Source: Myxococcota bacterium (lineage in GTDB: Bacteria > Myxococcota_A > Polyangia > JAAYKL01). Taken from it: a stretch of DNA of 64,000 bases. The DNA is taken from positions 16,724 through 80,723 of the forward strand of contig JASJCT010000015.1 of the NCBI GenBank assembly GCA_030065855.1, written 5' to 3'. The notes below the pieces were generated by a model. The model searched no databases. It had not been told where the DNA came from and worked only from the letters and a program-made list of their open reading frames with translations. Of this stretch, positions 28,760 to 38,390 are shown piece by piece; position 1 is the first letter of the stretch; each line of letters opens with the position of its first letter. The translations under genes were made by a program, and so were the position numbers.

Positions 28760-29962
28760 TTAGATCGCCGCCAGTATATCTCGGAGGATATCCATCGCCT
28801 CGTGCAGTTGCTGATCGCTGAGATAGGGTGCGGGGCCAAGGCGCAGGGCCTGATCGCGGTAATCAGTATGAACCCCAGCCGCCCGTAGCCGCTCATGGAT
28901 CTCAGCTGCGCGGACGCTTCGGAGAACCAGAAAGCCGCCGTGCTGCGCCAGTCCAGCGCTTGTGTCGCGAACTATCAGACTGGGATCTGCGTCGAATCCG
29001 TCGAATCGTTCTATTAGTAGCTGCATCTGGTGTTGACTAATACTTCTTAAGAGCTCTTTGGTCAGTCCGCGCTCTCTGAAAAACGAGAACACCCGCGCAG
29101 CTCTATAGTGACTGACAGGATCATAGGTCGATCCGGCAAACCGCGCACCTCCGACACCGTAAGCTATCGTATCCCAGTGCCGCCCCTTGCTCAGCAGATC
29201 GAACTCCGCAAACCAGCCCGTAATGACCGGTCGCCACACCACACCCGGGGGAACCCGCATGAAGCAGTTCCCCTCGCCCAGCTGGCAGTATTTGTAGCCG
29301 CCGCCTACCACAAACGCATCGGTCAGATCCAGCGCCGGGATATCAAATGGAGCCACATTGACGGCGTGGTATGCATCCACCAGAAGCGGTACCCCATGAC
29401 GGCGACAGGTCGCTGCGATATCCGGGATACCCTCCAGCCGAAGTCCACTGTTGAAGAACACCGCTGATATAATCACTACGGTGGTCTGTTCATTAATCTC
29501 GCCGATTAACCGTTCAGTGGTGTGCTCTGGTGGATTTGCCTCTACGCGGATCAACGCCACGCCTTCTTCCACCAGCCTGTTGAGCTGGCGGCGCGCCGTG
29601 TGAAATTCGCTGTCCGTGGTTACGATTCGCCGGCGTCGCCAATCCACAGCGGATAAAAAACGAACCAGCAGATCGTGCGTGCTGGCTGCCAGAACCAGAT
29701 TCTCTGCTGGATCATTCAACAAGCAGGCATATCCCTCGCGCACCAATCGCGCCTGTTCAAACGCCCTTTCCCACTTTTCGTCCACTGCTTCGGCAGCATC
29801 GTGCCAGGCTCGTTCCATCCCCTCCCTGGCACAATCAGGCCAAGCTTGGTGGGAGTGCCCGGTCAGGAGCAGACGCTCCCCTACCCTGAAGGCCTGGTAG
29901 TACTTTTCCAGGGGATTCGGTGAACGATAAAACTGTCGCGGATCGGTCAATGGATGATCCAT
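28760..29962 (-). CDS. kynureninase-family / class V aminotransferase-fold PLP enzyme
   Basis: Start set at MDHPLTDPRQFY, because the 131 upstream codons of the tracked ORF have no support. The motif GGGYKYCQLGEGNCFMRV resembles the kynureninase PLP-lysine block (xYKYLNxGPG). HSHQAWP is present near the N-terminus. Confidence 0.55.
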   Translation of the reverse strand: MDHPLTDPRQFYRSPNPLEKYYQAFRVGERLLLTGHSHQAWPDCAREGMERAWHDAAEAVDEKWERAFEQARLVREGYACLLNDPAENLVLAASTHDLLVRFLSAVDWRRRRIVTTDSEFHTARRQLNRLVEEGVALIRVEANPPEHTTERLIGEINEQTTVVIISAVFFNSGLRLEGIPDIAATCRRHGVPLLVDAYHAVNVAPFDIPALDLTDAFVVGGGYKYCQLGEGNCFMRVPPGVVWRPVITGWFAEFDLLSKGRHWDTIAYGVGGARFAGSTYDPVSHYRAARVFSFFRERGLTKELLRSISQHQMQLLIERFDGFDADPSLIVRDTSAGLAQHGGFLVLRSVRAAEIHERLRAAGVHTDYRDQALRLGPAPYLSDQQLHEAMDILRDILAAI

Positions 29963-30217
29963 CCAACAGCCAATGCCATGGACCCTCCTCGTATGGACCG
30001 GCGCATGGGGAATCGGTGCCGGTGATGAACTGCATTGAATGTCAACCGAGTGAGTGTTTTTTTTACCGTGCCGATCCGACCTTGGCAAGCTTCGTTTCCT
30101 ACGATGCCCATCCCTGAAGCAATAGGTCGGCGGTGAGCGGTAATCCTGGATATTCTCTTCCCAAGCATTGACCAGCCATCCTGTGTCGCAAATACTAATT
30201 ACTGCAGAGGTGTTGAA

Positions 30218-30616
30218 ATGCGATTCGAGTCTGATCACTACATCATGGAATTCGACAAAGCCAAAAACCGAGTCTTTGGGAAAATATTCGGTTTCTGGCA
30301 GCAACCAGAGGACGAGCCCGATTTCATCAACCACTGGCGTGAGATTCTGAAGCACGTCAGCCCCGGGTTTTCAATACTGATAGACGCTTCTGAGTTCATG
30401 ACACCGCCGCAAAAAGTTCTCGCCCTGATATCCGAAGTCCAACGTCTATCCATTGAGGCCGGCATCCACAAGAGGGCAGAGGTTGTCCCCGGTTCGCATA
30501 TCGGCTCCATGGCAATCGAATTCGCGGCAGAGCGATCCGGCATCGGGAGCATTACGCGGAAATTCGCCAGCCACGAAGAAGCGGAAAAATGGTTGGACAA
30601 CCCTCTCGAACCATAG
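30218..30616 (+). CDS. hypothetical protein (possibly STAS/SpoIIAA-like fold)
   Basis: 132-aa ORF with balanced composition and GAGGTG upstream. The fold guess is weak. Confidence 0.4.
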   Translation: MRFESDHYIMEFDKAKNRVFGKIFGFWQQPEDEPDFINHWREILKHVSPGFSILIDASEFMTPPQKVLALISEVQRLSIEAGIHKRAEVVPGSHIGSMAIEFAAERSGIGSITRKFASHEEAEKWLDNPLEP

Positions 30617-30671
30617 ATCAACATCTTGAAGTCAAATCGGGATAGATGGTACCTGGGATGCATAAGGAGTA

Positions 30672-32642
30672 ATGCCCGATACTGCCACAAAGCGACCGAC
30701 CCACCAGGATCGCGCTATTTTTATCTTCGCACTCGCGCTCCTAAGTGGGGCGCTGCTAAAGGCCTCCCTTTATTTGCGTCCGGGCCCCTATGGGGTGCCG
30801 TTCGTCCTGAATCGGGTCAGCGAGCTCTTTATCTCCCTGTTTTACGAAGGCTTTGGCCTGGCCCTCATTTGCCTGCCTTTTTTTATTGCATCCCACCTCG
30901 CTGACAGGCGCAACCGACCTCTGCCAAGACCTTTGGGGGGAATTCAAATTTTTTTATGTTTTGCCTCTCTTATCATCGGCCATGCGGATCATGAGATCCA
31001 GCGGTTCATGGGTATCCACATCTCTATCAATTACCTTCAGACCTACGGCAGTATCGGCAAGACCCCGGCAGCTATCGGCCATGCCATTGCCGACGATGCC
31101 GGCGGCGCATACAGCGCATACCTGCTGATTGCCATACCCATTGTTTTTCTCGCGTGTGCCGTGCTGTTAACAGGCCGATTTCGGTTCCGCCTCGGGGAGA
31201 AAATCCGCCGTCCCGCGCTTCTTTGCAGTGCTCTGCTGTTCTATATCGCTCCAGCGATCTCCTGGTATGCCGCCCCTGATGAGGACCGAATTTTCAATCG
31301 GGTTCGGCCGCCTGCAATTTTGGTTTACGACGAAATCAATGGACTGTTTCCAACACCCAGAGAATTTAAGAACATCAACGACACCATCTCGAAATATCGC
31401 AACTGGTGGCACCGGAAAGCCGATTCAAACACGTGGGTTTTTACTTCAAATGCCTATCCCTTGAGAAAGCAAAACACGAGCCGCTGTCCCACACCCCAAG
31501 GGACGCCATGGCGATTTATCTTGCTGCAGCTCGAGACATTCCGCGCCAAGGATATGCAGCTGTTCAATCCACACCTGTCTGTCCAACCCACGCCGTTTAT
31601 CGATGCCCTGGGCCGCGATCCTAAAAGCGCCTACTGGCCCAGGTGCTTCTGCAATGGACTGCCGACCGTGGTTGCTTTTATGGCCATGCACACGGGCCTT
31701 ATGCCCCATTCTGAACAGCGCGTTGCAACGGCGTTCACCCATATGGCAATGGAAGGATTTCCAGAAATGCTGCGCAGGAACGGCTACCACACTGCGTTTT
31801 TCTCCGGGCCGGATCCGGATTGGGATAACGAGCGCTTCTGGCTAAACCAGTGGTATGACCACGTGGTGTATAACCCGGCGTATAAAGAGATAGATCGCCC
31901 CTTGTTTCAAGAAGCTGCCCAATACCTCAAAAAAATAGGAAAGACAGGCAAGCCCTTCTTTGTCAGCATCGTCTCGATTAGCAATCACATCCCCTTTAGG
32001 TCACCGGAGCCAGAGCTCAACATCACAGATGGCAAGACCATCTTCGACCGCCTGCACAACACAATGCGGTATACAGACGACGTGGTGCGGGAATTTTACG
32101 AAGCGATCCGCGAGGAACCCTGGTTCGAGCGCACAGTGCTCATCATAACCGGGGATCACGGGTATGATCTCGGCGATAGGGGATGGGTCATGGGCCACGA
32201 AAATCTGCGCCGAGAATCGACCTGGGTCCCACTCATTCTTCATGGCGCCCACCCGGCACTGCCAAGCGGAGCCCAGCCAAGCGCAGCGAGTCATGTGGAT
32301 CTCGCACCCACGGTCTTGGATCTGGCGGGTATCTGCCCGGAGAACAGCTTCATGGGACACTCCCTTCTCAAGCAAAGTCCAGCCACATCATCGGCAGTGG
32401 CTGTGCGGGACGGGACTGCATTGTACGAAACAGCAGATTTTTCCGCATATTTCCCCAAAGGCGCCCCCCCAATGCTCTTTGAAGCCACAGACGTTTTCCA
32501 AGAAAGAGATATATCGACCGCACATAAAAAGGTTCTGGATGCTTATCGCGCCACAACCCACATGCTGTTGGAAATCACAGACTATGCTTACGAAAAAAAC
32601 AGAATTGTACCCGTCGACCCCATGCGCAAGCAGGCAAACTAA
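30672..32642 (+). CDS. membrane-bound sulfatase/LTA-synthase-family (alkaline phosphatase superfamily) enzyme
   Basis: The N-terminal ~200 aa have several TM helices. The extracytoplasmic sulfatase-like domain ends with ITGDHGYDLGDRG. Confidence 0.7.
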   Translation: MPDTATKRPTHQDRAIFIFALALLSGALLKASLYLRPGPYGVPFVLNRVSELFISLFYEGFGLALICLPFFIASHLADRRNRPLPRPLGGIQIFLCFASLIIGHADHEIQRFMGIHISINYLQTYGSIGKTPAAIGHAIADDAGGAYSAYLLIAIPIVFLACAVLLTGRFRFRLGEKIRRPALLCSALLFYIAPAISWYAAPDEDRIFNRVRPPAILVYDEINGLFPTPREFKNINDTISKYRNWWHRKADSNTWVFTSNAYPLRKQNTSRCPTPQGTPWRFILLQLETFRAKDMQLFNPHLSVQPTPFIDALGRDPKSAYWPRCFCNGLPTVVAFMAMHTGLMPHSEQRVATAFTHMAMEGFPEMLRRNGYHTAFFSGPDPDWDNERFWLNQWYDHVVYNPAYKEIDRPLFQEAAQYLKKIGKTGKPFFVSIVSISNHIPFRSPEPELNITDGKTIFDRLHNTMRYTDDVVREFYEAIREEPWFERTVLIITGDHGYDLGDRGWVMGHENLRRESTWVPLILHGAHPALPSGAQPSAASHVDLAPTVLDLAGICPENSFMGHSLLKQSPATSSAVAVRDGTALYETADFSAYFPKGAPPMLFEATDVFQERDISTAHKKVLDAYRATTHMLLEITDYAYEKNRIVPVDPMRKQAN

Positions 32643-32713
32643 CCCCCCTACAAAAAATCCCAACTCCGCAGTATACTCCCCAATTGGTGTGTATTTAACT
32701 TTGGAGAGAAACA

Positions 32714-33469
32714 ATGAGCTCAGATCGGAAAACAGGCATCATTTTTTTAATCGGAGTGCTTATGTTCGTCTCAGGGTGTCGCATTAACTGGGATGATGAC
32801 TTGATAGACACGGGCCCTCTGAATCTTCCTGATCCTGCGCCAGGTGGTGGATGCCCAGTAGGTAGCTGGGATGGGTTTGACAACACCAATAGCCCGTACA
32901 TGGGCAGCGCAAAGGAAGTAAAAGTAGAAGTCAGTGTGTCAACGGATTTCAGGTGCCCCTTTTGTCGACAGTTCGCCTTATGGGCCATGGAACTATGGGA
33001 AAAACCCAATATCCGGGACTACGCCCGTCTATACTATCACCACTATCCCATAGAGTCGCTACATGATGGAACCGAAGAGATCCACGCTGCTGCTGTTGCT
33101 ACTGCAAATCAGGGGTTCGACAAATTCTGGCCGCTCCACGACGAGATATTCAACCGGGCAGAGGCAGGGACGCCGATGACCATCGCAGATGTTGTCGCCT
33201 ATGCCCAGACCCAGCTCGCACTCGATATGACCCTCTTCAACGCAGACCGCACTGCAGAAGCAACCCAGACATTCATAGAGTCTGAAAAAGAGCAAGCCAG
33301 GAACCTGGGGCTCACGGGTACGCCTTCGGTCTGGATCTGCGGCATTAAGCTCGATAGTTGGGGTGACCTTGAAACGGCCCTCAATCACTTTCTCGCCAAT
33401 GTCGTGCCTGATACGGACTCAAGCACGGATACGACCGACATCGACGGCGGGCCCGACGCCAACGAGTAA
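32714..33469 (+). CDS. DsbA-like thioredoxin-fold lipoprotein
   Basis: Lipobox (LMFVSGC), CxxC active site (FRCPFCRQF) and C-terminal GTPSVWICG, followed by an acidic tail. Confidence 0.7.
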   Translation: MSSDRKTGIIFLIGVLMFVSGCRINWDDDLIDTGPLNLPDPAPGGGCPVGSWDGFDNTNSPYMGSAKEVKVEVSVSTDFRCPFCRQFALWAMELWEKPNIRDYARLYYHHYPIESLHDGTEEIHAAAVATANQGFDKFWPLHDEIFNRAEAGTPMTIADVVAYAQTQLALDMTLFNADRTAEATQTFIESEKEQARNLGLTGTPSVWICGIKLDSWGDLETALNHFLANVVPDTDSSTDTTDIDGGPDANE

Positions 33470-33489
33470 GGAGCCAATTAGGAATGGCG

Positions 33490-34701
33490 CTAGCTGATTT
33501 TTTCCTTTAGTCGCTGCTCGATGGCGTCCATGATTTCATCGAGGGTCGACGCCCGTTCAATTGGCGGATCGCTCACCGCAGCCAGGTCGCCCGTGGCCAC
33601 GCCCGATTCTATGGTCTCGATCACTGCAGCTTCGAGCGCAACTGCGAACTGAACCAATGCGGGGTTGTCGTCCAACTCGCCGCGCTTTTTGAGCCCACCG
33701 GTCCAGGCAAATAGAGTAGCGGTCGGATTGGTCGATGTCTTCTCTCCTTTGAGATGCCGCAGGTAGTGGCGCGTCACTGTGCCGTGGGCCGCCTCGAACT
33801 CGTACTTGCCATCTGGCGATACGAGTACCGACGTCATAAGCCCCAAGCTGCCAAAACCGCTCGCGACCATATCGCTCATCAGGTCGCCTTCGTAATTCAT
33901 GCACGCCCACAGAAATCCACCTTCGTCCCGAACCGATCGGGCCACGGCATCGTCGATGAGCAGCGACTCGTAGGCAATCCCCGCTGCCTCGAACGCCTCT
34001 TTGCGGCGCTCGACCTCTTGGCGAAAGATCTCCCGAAACCGGCCGTGATAGGTCTTGCTGATCGTATCCTTGACACCCAACCACAGGTTCGTGCCCTGCT
34101 CCAGGGAAAAGGCAATGCACACACGGGCAAAGGATCGGATCGAGGATTCGAGGTTGTGCACTGCCATCACCACACCTGGCTCGTTAAATTCGTGAACGAA
34201 CAGGGTCTCGGGCTGACCACCAGCGGTGGGCGTATAGACGAGCGTTACTTTGCCGGGTTCGCTGACCACTTTCTCTACATTTGTAAAAATATCGCCGTAT
34301 GCGTGACGGGCGATGGTTATTGGCTTCTTCCAGGGGCGCATCATGGGCGGGACATTGCGCACCAGAATCGGCGTTCGAAAGATGGTCCCATCGAGATAGG
34401 CCCGAATGGTGCCGTTGGGGCTGGGCCACGCTTTTTTCAGTCCCTTTTCCTTCACGCTCGCCTCGTCCGGCGTAATGGTCGCGCACTTCACGCCCACGCC
34501 GTGCTTCTTGATCGCTTTGGCCGCTGCCAGCGTGACGCCATCGTCTGTCTCATCTCGACTGGATAGACTAAGGTCGTAGTACTCGAGGTTGAGGTCGATA
34601 AATGGCTCGAGGAGCCGCTCTTTGGTCATTGCCCAGATGATCCGGGTCATTTCGTCGCCGTCGATCTCTACCAATGGGGTTTTCATCTCGATTTTCATCA
34701 C
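33490..34701 (-). CDS. icd: NADP-dependent isocitrate dehydrogenase (~400-aa homodimeric, eukaryote-like subfamily)
   Basis: Matches to this IDH subfamily: N-terminal [24 protein letters not shown], and [23 protein letters not shown]. Confidence 0.9.
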   Translation of the reverse strand: MMKIEMKTPLVEIDGDEMTRIIWAMTKERLLEPFIDLNLEYYDLSLSSRDETDDGVTLAAAKAIKKHGVGVKCATITPDEASVKEKGLKKAWPSPNGTIRAYLDGTIFRTPILVRNVPPMMRPWKKPITIARHAYGDIFTNVEKVVSEPGKVTLVYTPTAGGQPETLFVHEFNEPGVVMAVHNLESSIRSFARVCIAFSLEQGTNLWLGVKDTISKTYHGRFREIFRQEVERRKEAFEAAGIAYESLLIDDAVARSVRDEGGFLWACMNYEGDLMSDMVASGFGSLGLMTSVLVSPDGKYEFEAAHGTVTRHYLRHLKGEKTSTNPTATLFAWTGGLKKRGELDDNPALVQFAVALEAAVIETIESGVATGDLAAVSDPPIERASTLDEIMDAIEQRLKEKIS

Positions 34702-34875
34702 TCACCCTTTCGTAATGCTGCCTTGCTTCTCACTGCACTTGCTTCGCTCGCGAGAAGTATACAGAAGCCCGAGGATGTCTCAAGTAGGTGCCCTGCTGAG
34801 CTGGGAAATCTCTTGCATCCCTTGTCTCAAGGCCCCTCACTTGCTGTTTGGCAATACCTGCGCCATGATGGGTAT

Positions 34876-35367
34876 ATGGATCTCAAAGAACTGGTCAAAA
34901 CGCCGCTCTCCCTGTTTGAAGAGATCTTTCCTGGCGATACCAATGCGTATGGCACGGCGTTTGGTGGCAAAATTCTCGCCCTCATGGATCGCGCTGCTGG
35001 ACTGGCAGCAGCGCGGTTCGCCCGTTGTAACGTGGTCACCGCATCCCTTGATGCCCTGGAATTTCGCGCGTCTGTTCAGCAAGGAGAGATTGCAGAGATC
35101 GTGGCCCAAGTGGTCTACACGTCCACCCATACGTGTGGCGTGGACGTACAGGTATTCGCACTCACCAAGAGCGCTTGGCAGCGTCGACCCTGCTGCCGGG
35201 GCATCCTTTTTATGGTCGCTGTCGGTCCGGATAGCAAACCTTTAGCAATTCCCAAGCTAAACGTGACATCGCCCGAGGAACAGGCAAGGTGGAACGATGC
35301 CGAACTGATTCATAAAGCCATGATAGAGCGACGCAACAAGTCCAACTCCCCTACAACCGAGGAATAA
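34876..35367 (+). CDS. acyl-CoA thioesterase (hotdog fold)
   Basis: Start set at MDLKELVK. Contains the motif PGDTNAYGTAFGGKILALMDRAAG, typical of YciA/BFIT-type thioesterases. Confidence 0.75.
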   Translation: MDLKELVKTPLSLFEEIFPGDTNAYGTAFGGKILALMDRAAGLAAARFARCNVVTASLDALEFRASVQQGEIAEIVAQVVYTSTHTCGVDVQVFALTKSAWQRRPCCRGILFMVAVGPDSKPLAIPKLNVTSPEEQARWNDAELIHKAMIERRNKSNSPTTEE

Positions 35368-35378
35368 GGAGAAGCCGA

Positions 35379-36449
35379 ATGAACCACGTTTATGCTGTCA
35401 TTATGGCCGGCGGCGTTGGCTCCCGCTTCTGGCCAGCGAGTCGAGCGAAAACCCCCAAGCAACTCCTGGACTTGACCCGTAGCGGCCAAACCATGATCGC
35501 TGCCACCGTGGACAGGCTCGTCCCGGAAATACCGCCTGAGCGGGTGATTGTCGTAACAGGGGATATTACAAAAGACGCAGTGGCCAAAGCCCTGCCGGAT
35601 CTGCCTCTGGAAAACATCCTGTCCGAACCAAAAGGTCGCAATACCGCTCCCTGTATCGGATGGGCCGCTGTCCATGTGAAGCGCAAGGACGAAAACGGCG
35701 TGTTGGCGGTCCTGCCGTCGGATCACCTGGTAGCGGACAGGGCCGCGTTTTTTGCATCAGCTGAGCGGGCCGTAGAAGCAGCATCCAAGGGTGCCCTGGT
35801 TACCTTTGGCATCAAGCCAGATAGGCCCGAGACCGGGTTTGGGTACATCGAAATGGGCGATCCCGTGGCCCCTGGGGTTCAAGCGGTTTTGAGATTTGTC
35901 GAAAAACCAGACCTGCCCCAAGCGATGCAGTACCTGGAAGCGGGTAATTTCACCTGGAATTCAGGGATGTTCTTCTTCACCGCGACTCGTATTTTGGGAG
36001 AGATACATCGCCAAATGCCCGACCTGCATTCGGGGCTGGCCGCGATAGACGCTGCAATGGACGCGGGATCCGAAGCCGAAACAGTGCGGCACATCTACCC
36101 CACCCTGCCGGCCCAATCCATTGATTACGGCATTATGGAGGGCGCTGAGAATATCCTGTGCGTACCAGTGGATTTCGGCTGGTCCGATCTGGGCTCGTGG
36201 ACAGCGGCCCACGACTTGTCCTCCAAAGACGAAAACGGCAATGCCGTGGAGGGGGACGCCATTGTGATCGACGCCAAGGATTGCCTGATGCGCGCGCCAA
36301 AGGACAAGTTAGTCGCCCTTGTGGGGGTCAGGGATCTCGTGGTTGTGGACACCGGAGATAGCCTCCTCGTCTGCCATCGCACCAAGGCCCAAGCAGTGAA
36401 GGCCGTGGTCGATGCACTGAAAGCAAGAGGCCGCACAGATCTGCTCTAA
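35379..36449 (+). CDS. mannose-1-phosphate guanylyltransferase (nucleotidyltransferase only, no PMI domain)
   Basis: N-terminal AVIMAGGVGSRFWPASR, PSDH, GYIE and the overall 356-aa architecture. Confidence 0.8.
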   Translation: MNHVYAVIMAGGVGSRFWPASRAKTPKQLLDLTRSGQTMIAATVDRLVPEIPPERVIVVTGDITKDAVAKALPDLPLENILSEPKGRNTAPCIGWAAVHVKRKDENGVLAVLPSDHLVADRAAFFASAERAVEAASKGALVTFGIKPDRPETGFGYIEMGDPVAPGVQAVLRFVEKPDLPQAMQYLEAGNFTWNSGMFFFTATRILGEIHRQMPDLHSGLAAIDAAMDAGSEAETVRHIYPTLPAQSIDYGIMEGAENILCVPVDFGWSDLGSWTAAHDLSSKDENGNAVEGDAIVIDAKDCLMRAPKDKLVALVGVRDLVVVDTGDSLLVCHRTKAQAVKAVVDALKARGRTDLL

Positions 36450-36457
36450 AGGTCGCT

Positions 36458-36685
36458 TCAGGACTGCTCGGTCGCTGGCGGCGGCAACTTGGACGGCCGA
36501 AGGAACGTGGCGTCTGTTGTCACGACCGACAAGAGCGGCTCCCAGTCCTCCATGGCGTCGCTTTTTACAAGCACCTTGAGGGAGAACTCGCCAGCGCGAA
36601 GCCGGGCTTGGAATGTCTCTTCGTCGATCGGGCCCTGTTCTTCATTCCCGTTTTTGATCCACCATTTTCGCCTTGAAACATCCAT
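36458..36685 (-). CDS. GYF_2 (DUF4339)-domain small protein
   Basis: Contains KWWIKNGNEEQGPIDEETFQARLRAGEFSLKVLVKSDAMEDWEPL. Start set at MDVSRRK; a longer form starting at 36760 is possible. Confidence 0.55.
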   Translation of the reverse strand: MDVSRRKWWIKNGNEEQGPIDEETFQARLRAGEFSLKVLVKSDAMEDWEPLLSVVTTDATFLRPSKLPPPATEQS

Positions 36686-36781
36686 ATAATTGAGTAAAGC
36701 GCGATAATCGCGCCAGTCAAATCCCATTGCGGCAGACAAAAGGCGTTGACCAGACCCCATACCTTTGCATACCGTAAGGAT

Positions 36782-37570
36782 ATGGGGTTAGCACTCAAAC
36801 GGCCGATCATTTATTTCGACGTGGAGACCACCGGCCTTGACCCTCAAAAAGATCGCATCATCGAGCTGGCCGCTGTTAAACACTGGCCCGACGGTAGAGA
36901 AGAGGAAAAATGCCGGCGGTTCAATCCGCTCATCCCCATTCCAAAAGAAGCGACCGCGATCCACGGCATCACCGATGCAGACGTAAAAAACGAGCTTCCC
37001 TTTGCCAGGTATGCGAGGGGACCAGGGGGTATTGGGGACTTTTTCAAAGGGTGCGACCTGGCCGGATTCAACATTATTTATTTCGATATCCCAATGCTCA
37101 AAGCAGAATTGGTACGCGCTGGAGAAAATCTAGACATTTCAGATATTTATGTAGTAGACGCCTATCGCATCTTCACGACCAAGGAACCCAGAGATCTCGG
37201 CGCGGCGGTTCGGTACTACTGCGGTGAATCCCACACCGACGCCCACAGCGCACTCGGCGATGTTCAGGCGACTGTCGCTGTTTTGAATGCCCAGCTGGAC
37301 AAGTATGCGGATCTGCCACGCTCACCAGCTGAACTCGACACATCCCTTCGCCACCCCGAATCAGTGGACCGGGAGGGAAAGCTTAAATGGATGGACGGCG
37401 AAATCTCCATCTCCTTTGGTCGCCACAAGGGGCGGACATTAAAATATCTGGCGCGAGAGGAGCCGGATTATCTAAGGTGGATGATCGACAATGAGATCGC
37501 CCCGGATGCGGCCGCTCACCTCAGGGACGCGCTCATGGGTCATTTTGCCGCACCACCTGAGAAAAAATAG
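36782..37570 (+). CDS. DEDDh 3'-5' exonuclease (DnaQ-like) with DUF3820-like C-terminal domain
   Basis: Exo I motif FDVETTGLD and Exo III motif HSALGDV. The C-terminal KGRTLKYLAREEPDYLRWMIDNE resembles the exodeoxyribonuclease X C-terminal/DUF3820 module. Confidence 0.8.
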   Translation: MGLALKRPIIYFDVETTGLDPQKDRIIELAAVKHWPDGREEEKCRRFNPLIPIPKEATAIHGITDADVKNELPFARYARGPGGIGDFFKGCDLAGFNIIYFDIPMLKAELVRAGENLDISDIYVVDAYRIFTTKEPRDLGAAVRYYCGESHTDAHSALGDVQATVAVLNAQLDKYADLPRSPAELDTSLRHPESVDREGKLKWMDGEISISFGRHKGRTLKYLAREEPDYLRWMIDNEIAPDAAAHLRDALMGHFAAPPEKK

Positions 37571-37677
37571 AATAATTCCACTTGCCAACCCCGCATCAGA
37601 GCAGTATGGTCCCTACGCTTACACGTGCCGCAAGACGTGCAGCCAGCGGCTTGGCTGCGTCTGTTTGGAGGAAAAGG

Positions 37678-38082
37678 ATGAGCGAAGAAGAGGTGCTGAA
37701 TACGACAGCAACTGGGCCCGAGGCATCACAGGAAACGCAACGCACAACACCTGCAGTCCAGGTTCCGGCTGAAAACCGCGAGCATGCCCCAGCGCAGCGC
37801 GGAAGCGATTTCAACTCAGATGTGGATGCAGACCGAAAAAAACGTCGAAAATCTCGTGGCTTAGGGGAACCGGTATTTTGCCGGCCGCTCGAAGTCGTTG
37901 TGCGCGACGACCGGGTCGAACAGGCAATCCGACAGCTCAAAAACCGCATGGCCCGCGAAGGCGTATTGCGCGAGCTTAAAAATCGGCGCCACTACTTCAA
38001 ACCCAGCGAACTCAAGCGCATCAAAAGCCGCGAAGCAGCCAGACGCCGGCGAAAGCAGGCGCGTCAGAAATCCGGATTCTAG
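37678..38082 (+). CDS. rpsU: 30S ribosomal protein S21 with ~70-aa N-terminal extension
   Basis: The C-terminal 60 aa (LEVVVRDDRVEQAIRQLKNRMAREGVLRELKNRRHYFKPSELKRIKSREAARRRRKQ) are a clear S21. ATG 37678 has GGAGGAAAAGG upstream. There is no in-frame ATG/GTG close to the S21 core. Confidence 0.75.
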   Translation: MSEEEVLNTTATGPEASQETQRTTPAVQVPAENREHAPAQRGSDFNSDVDADRKKRRKSRGLGEPVFCRPLEVVVRDDRVEQAIRQLKNRMAREGVLRELKNRRHYFKPSELKRIKSREAARRRRKQARQKSGF

Positions 38083-38236
38083 GGCTCATTATTCTTCTCC
38101 GTCTCTAAATAAAACGGCGACAATTCATCTACCAGGGCGGTACGCCGCGCGACACCGCCGGTGGAGGGCGTCTTATCCCTGACTCGTCTTCAGTCGCTGT
38201 GGGCTTCAGAGGGTGTCTAAAAGGGCGGTCCAAAAT

Positions 38237-38311
38237 GTAGGGCTGGGGTTTATCCCCAGCCAATATCGAGTTGGGACGCCGATTTCGGCCTGGGATAAAC
38301 CCAGGCCCTAC
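38237..38311. repeat. twin GC-rich hairpins in mutually inverted orientation (REP/BIME-like or terminator)
   Basis: Two hairpins: GGCTGGGG-TTTAT-CCCCAGCC (38241-38261) and GGCCTGGG-ATAAA-CCCAGGCC (38287-38307). They are bracketed by GTAGGGC ... GCCCTAC and lie between rpsU and comEC. Confidence 0.6.
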
Positions 38312-38390
38312 GACTAAAGCCACTTTGAAGTGCCCTTGGGCTAATTGGAATTGCTGCCAGTGGCACGGGTCTTGATACGATCCCCTCTCC

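Noticed and set aside
29963-30355. 131-codon N-terminal extension of the kynureninase-like ORF in the track (28760-30355).
   Set aside because: The extension has odd composition and overlaps the well-formed plus-strand ORF 30218-30616. The family-typical N-terminus begins at the internal Met (MDHPLTDPRQFY) at 29962.
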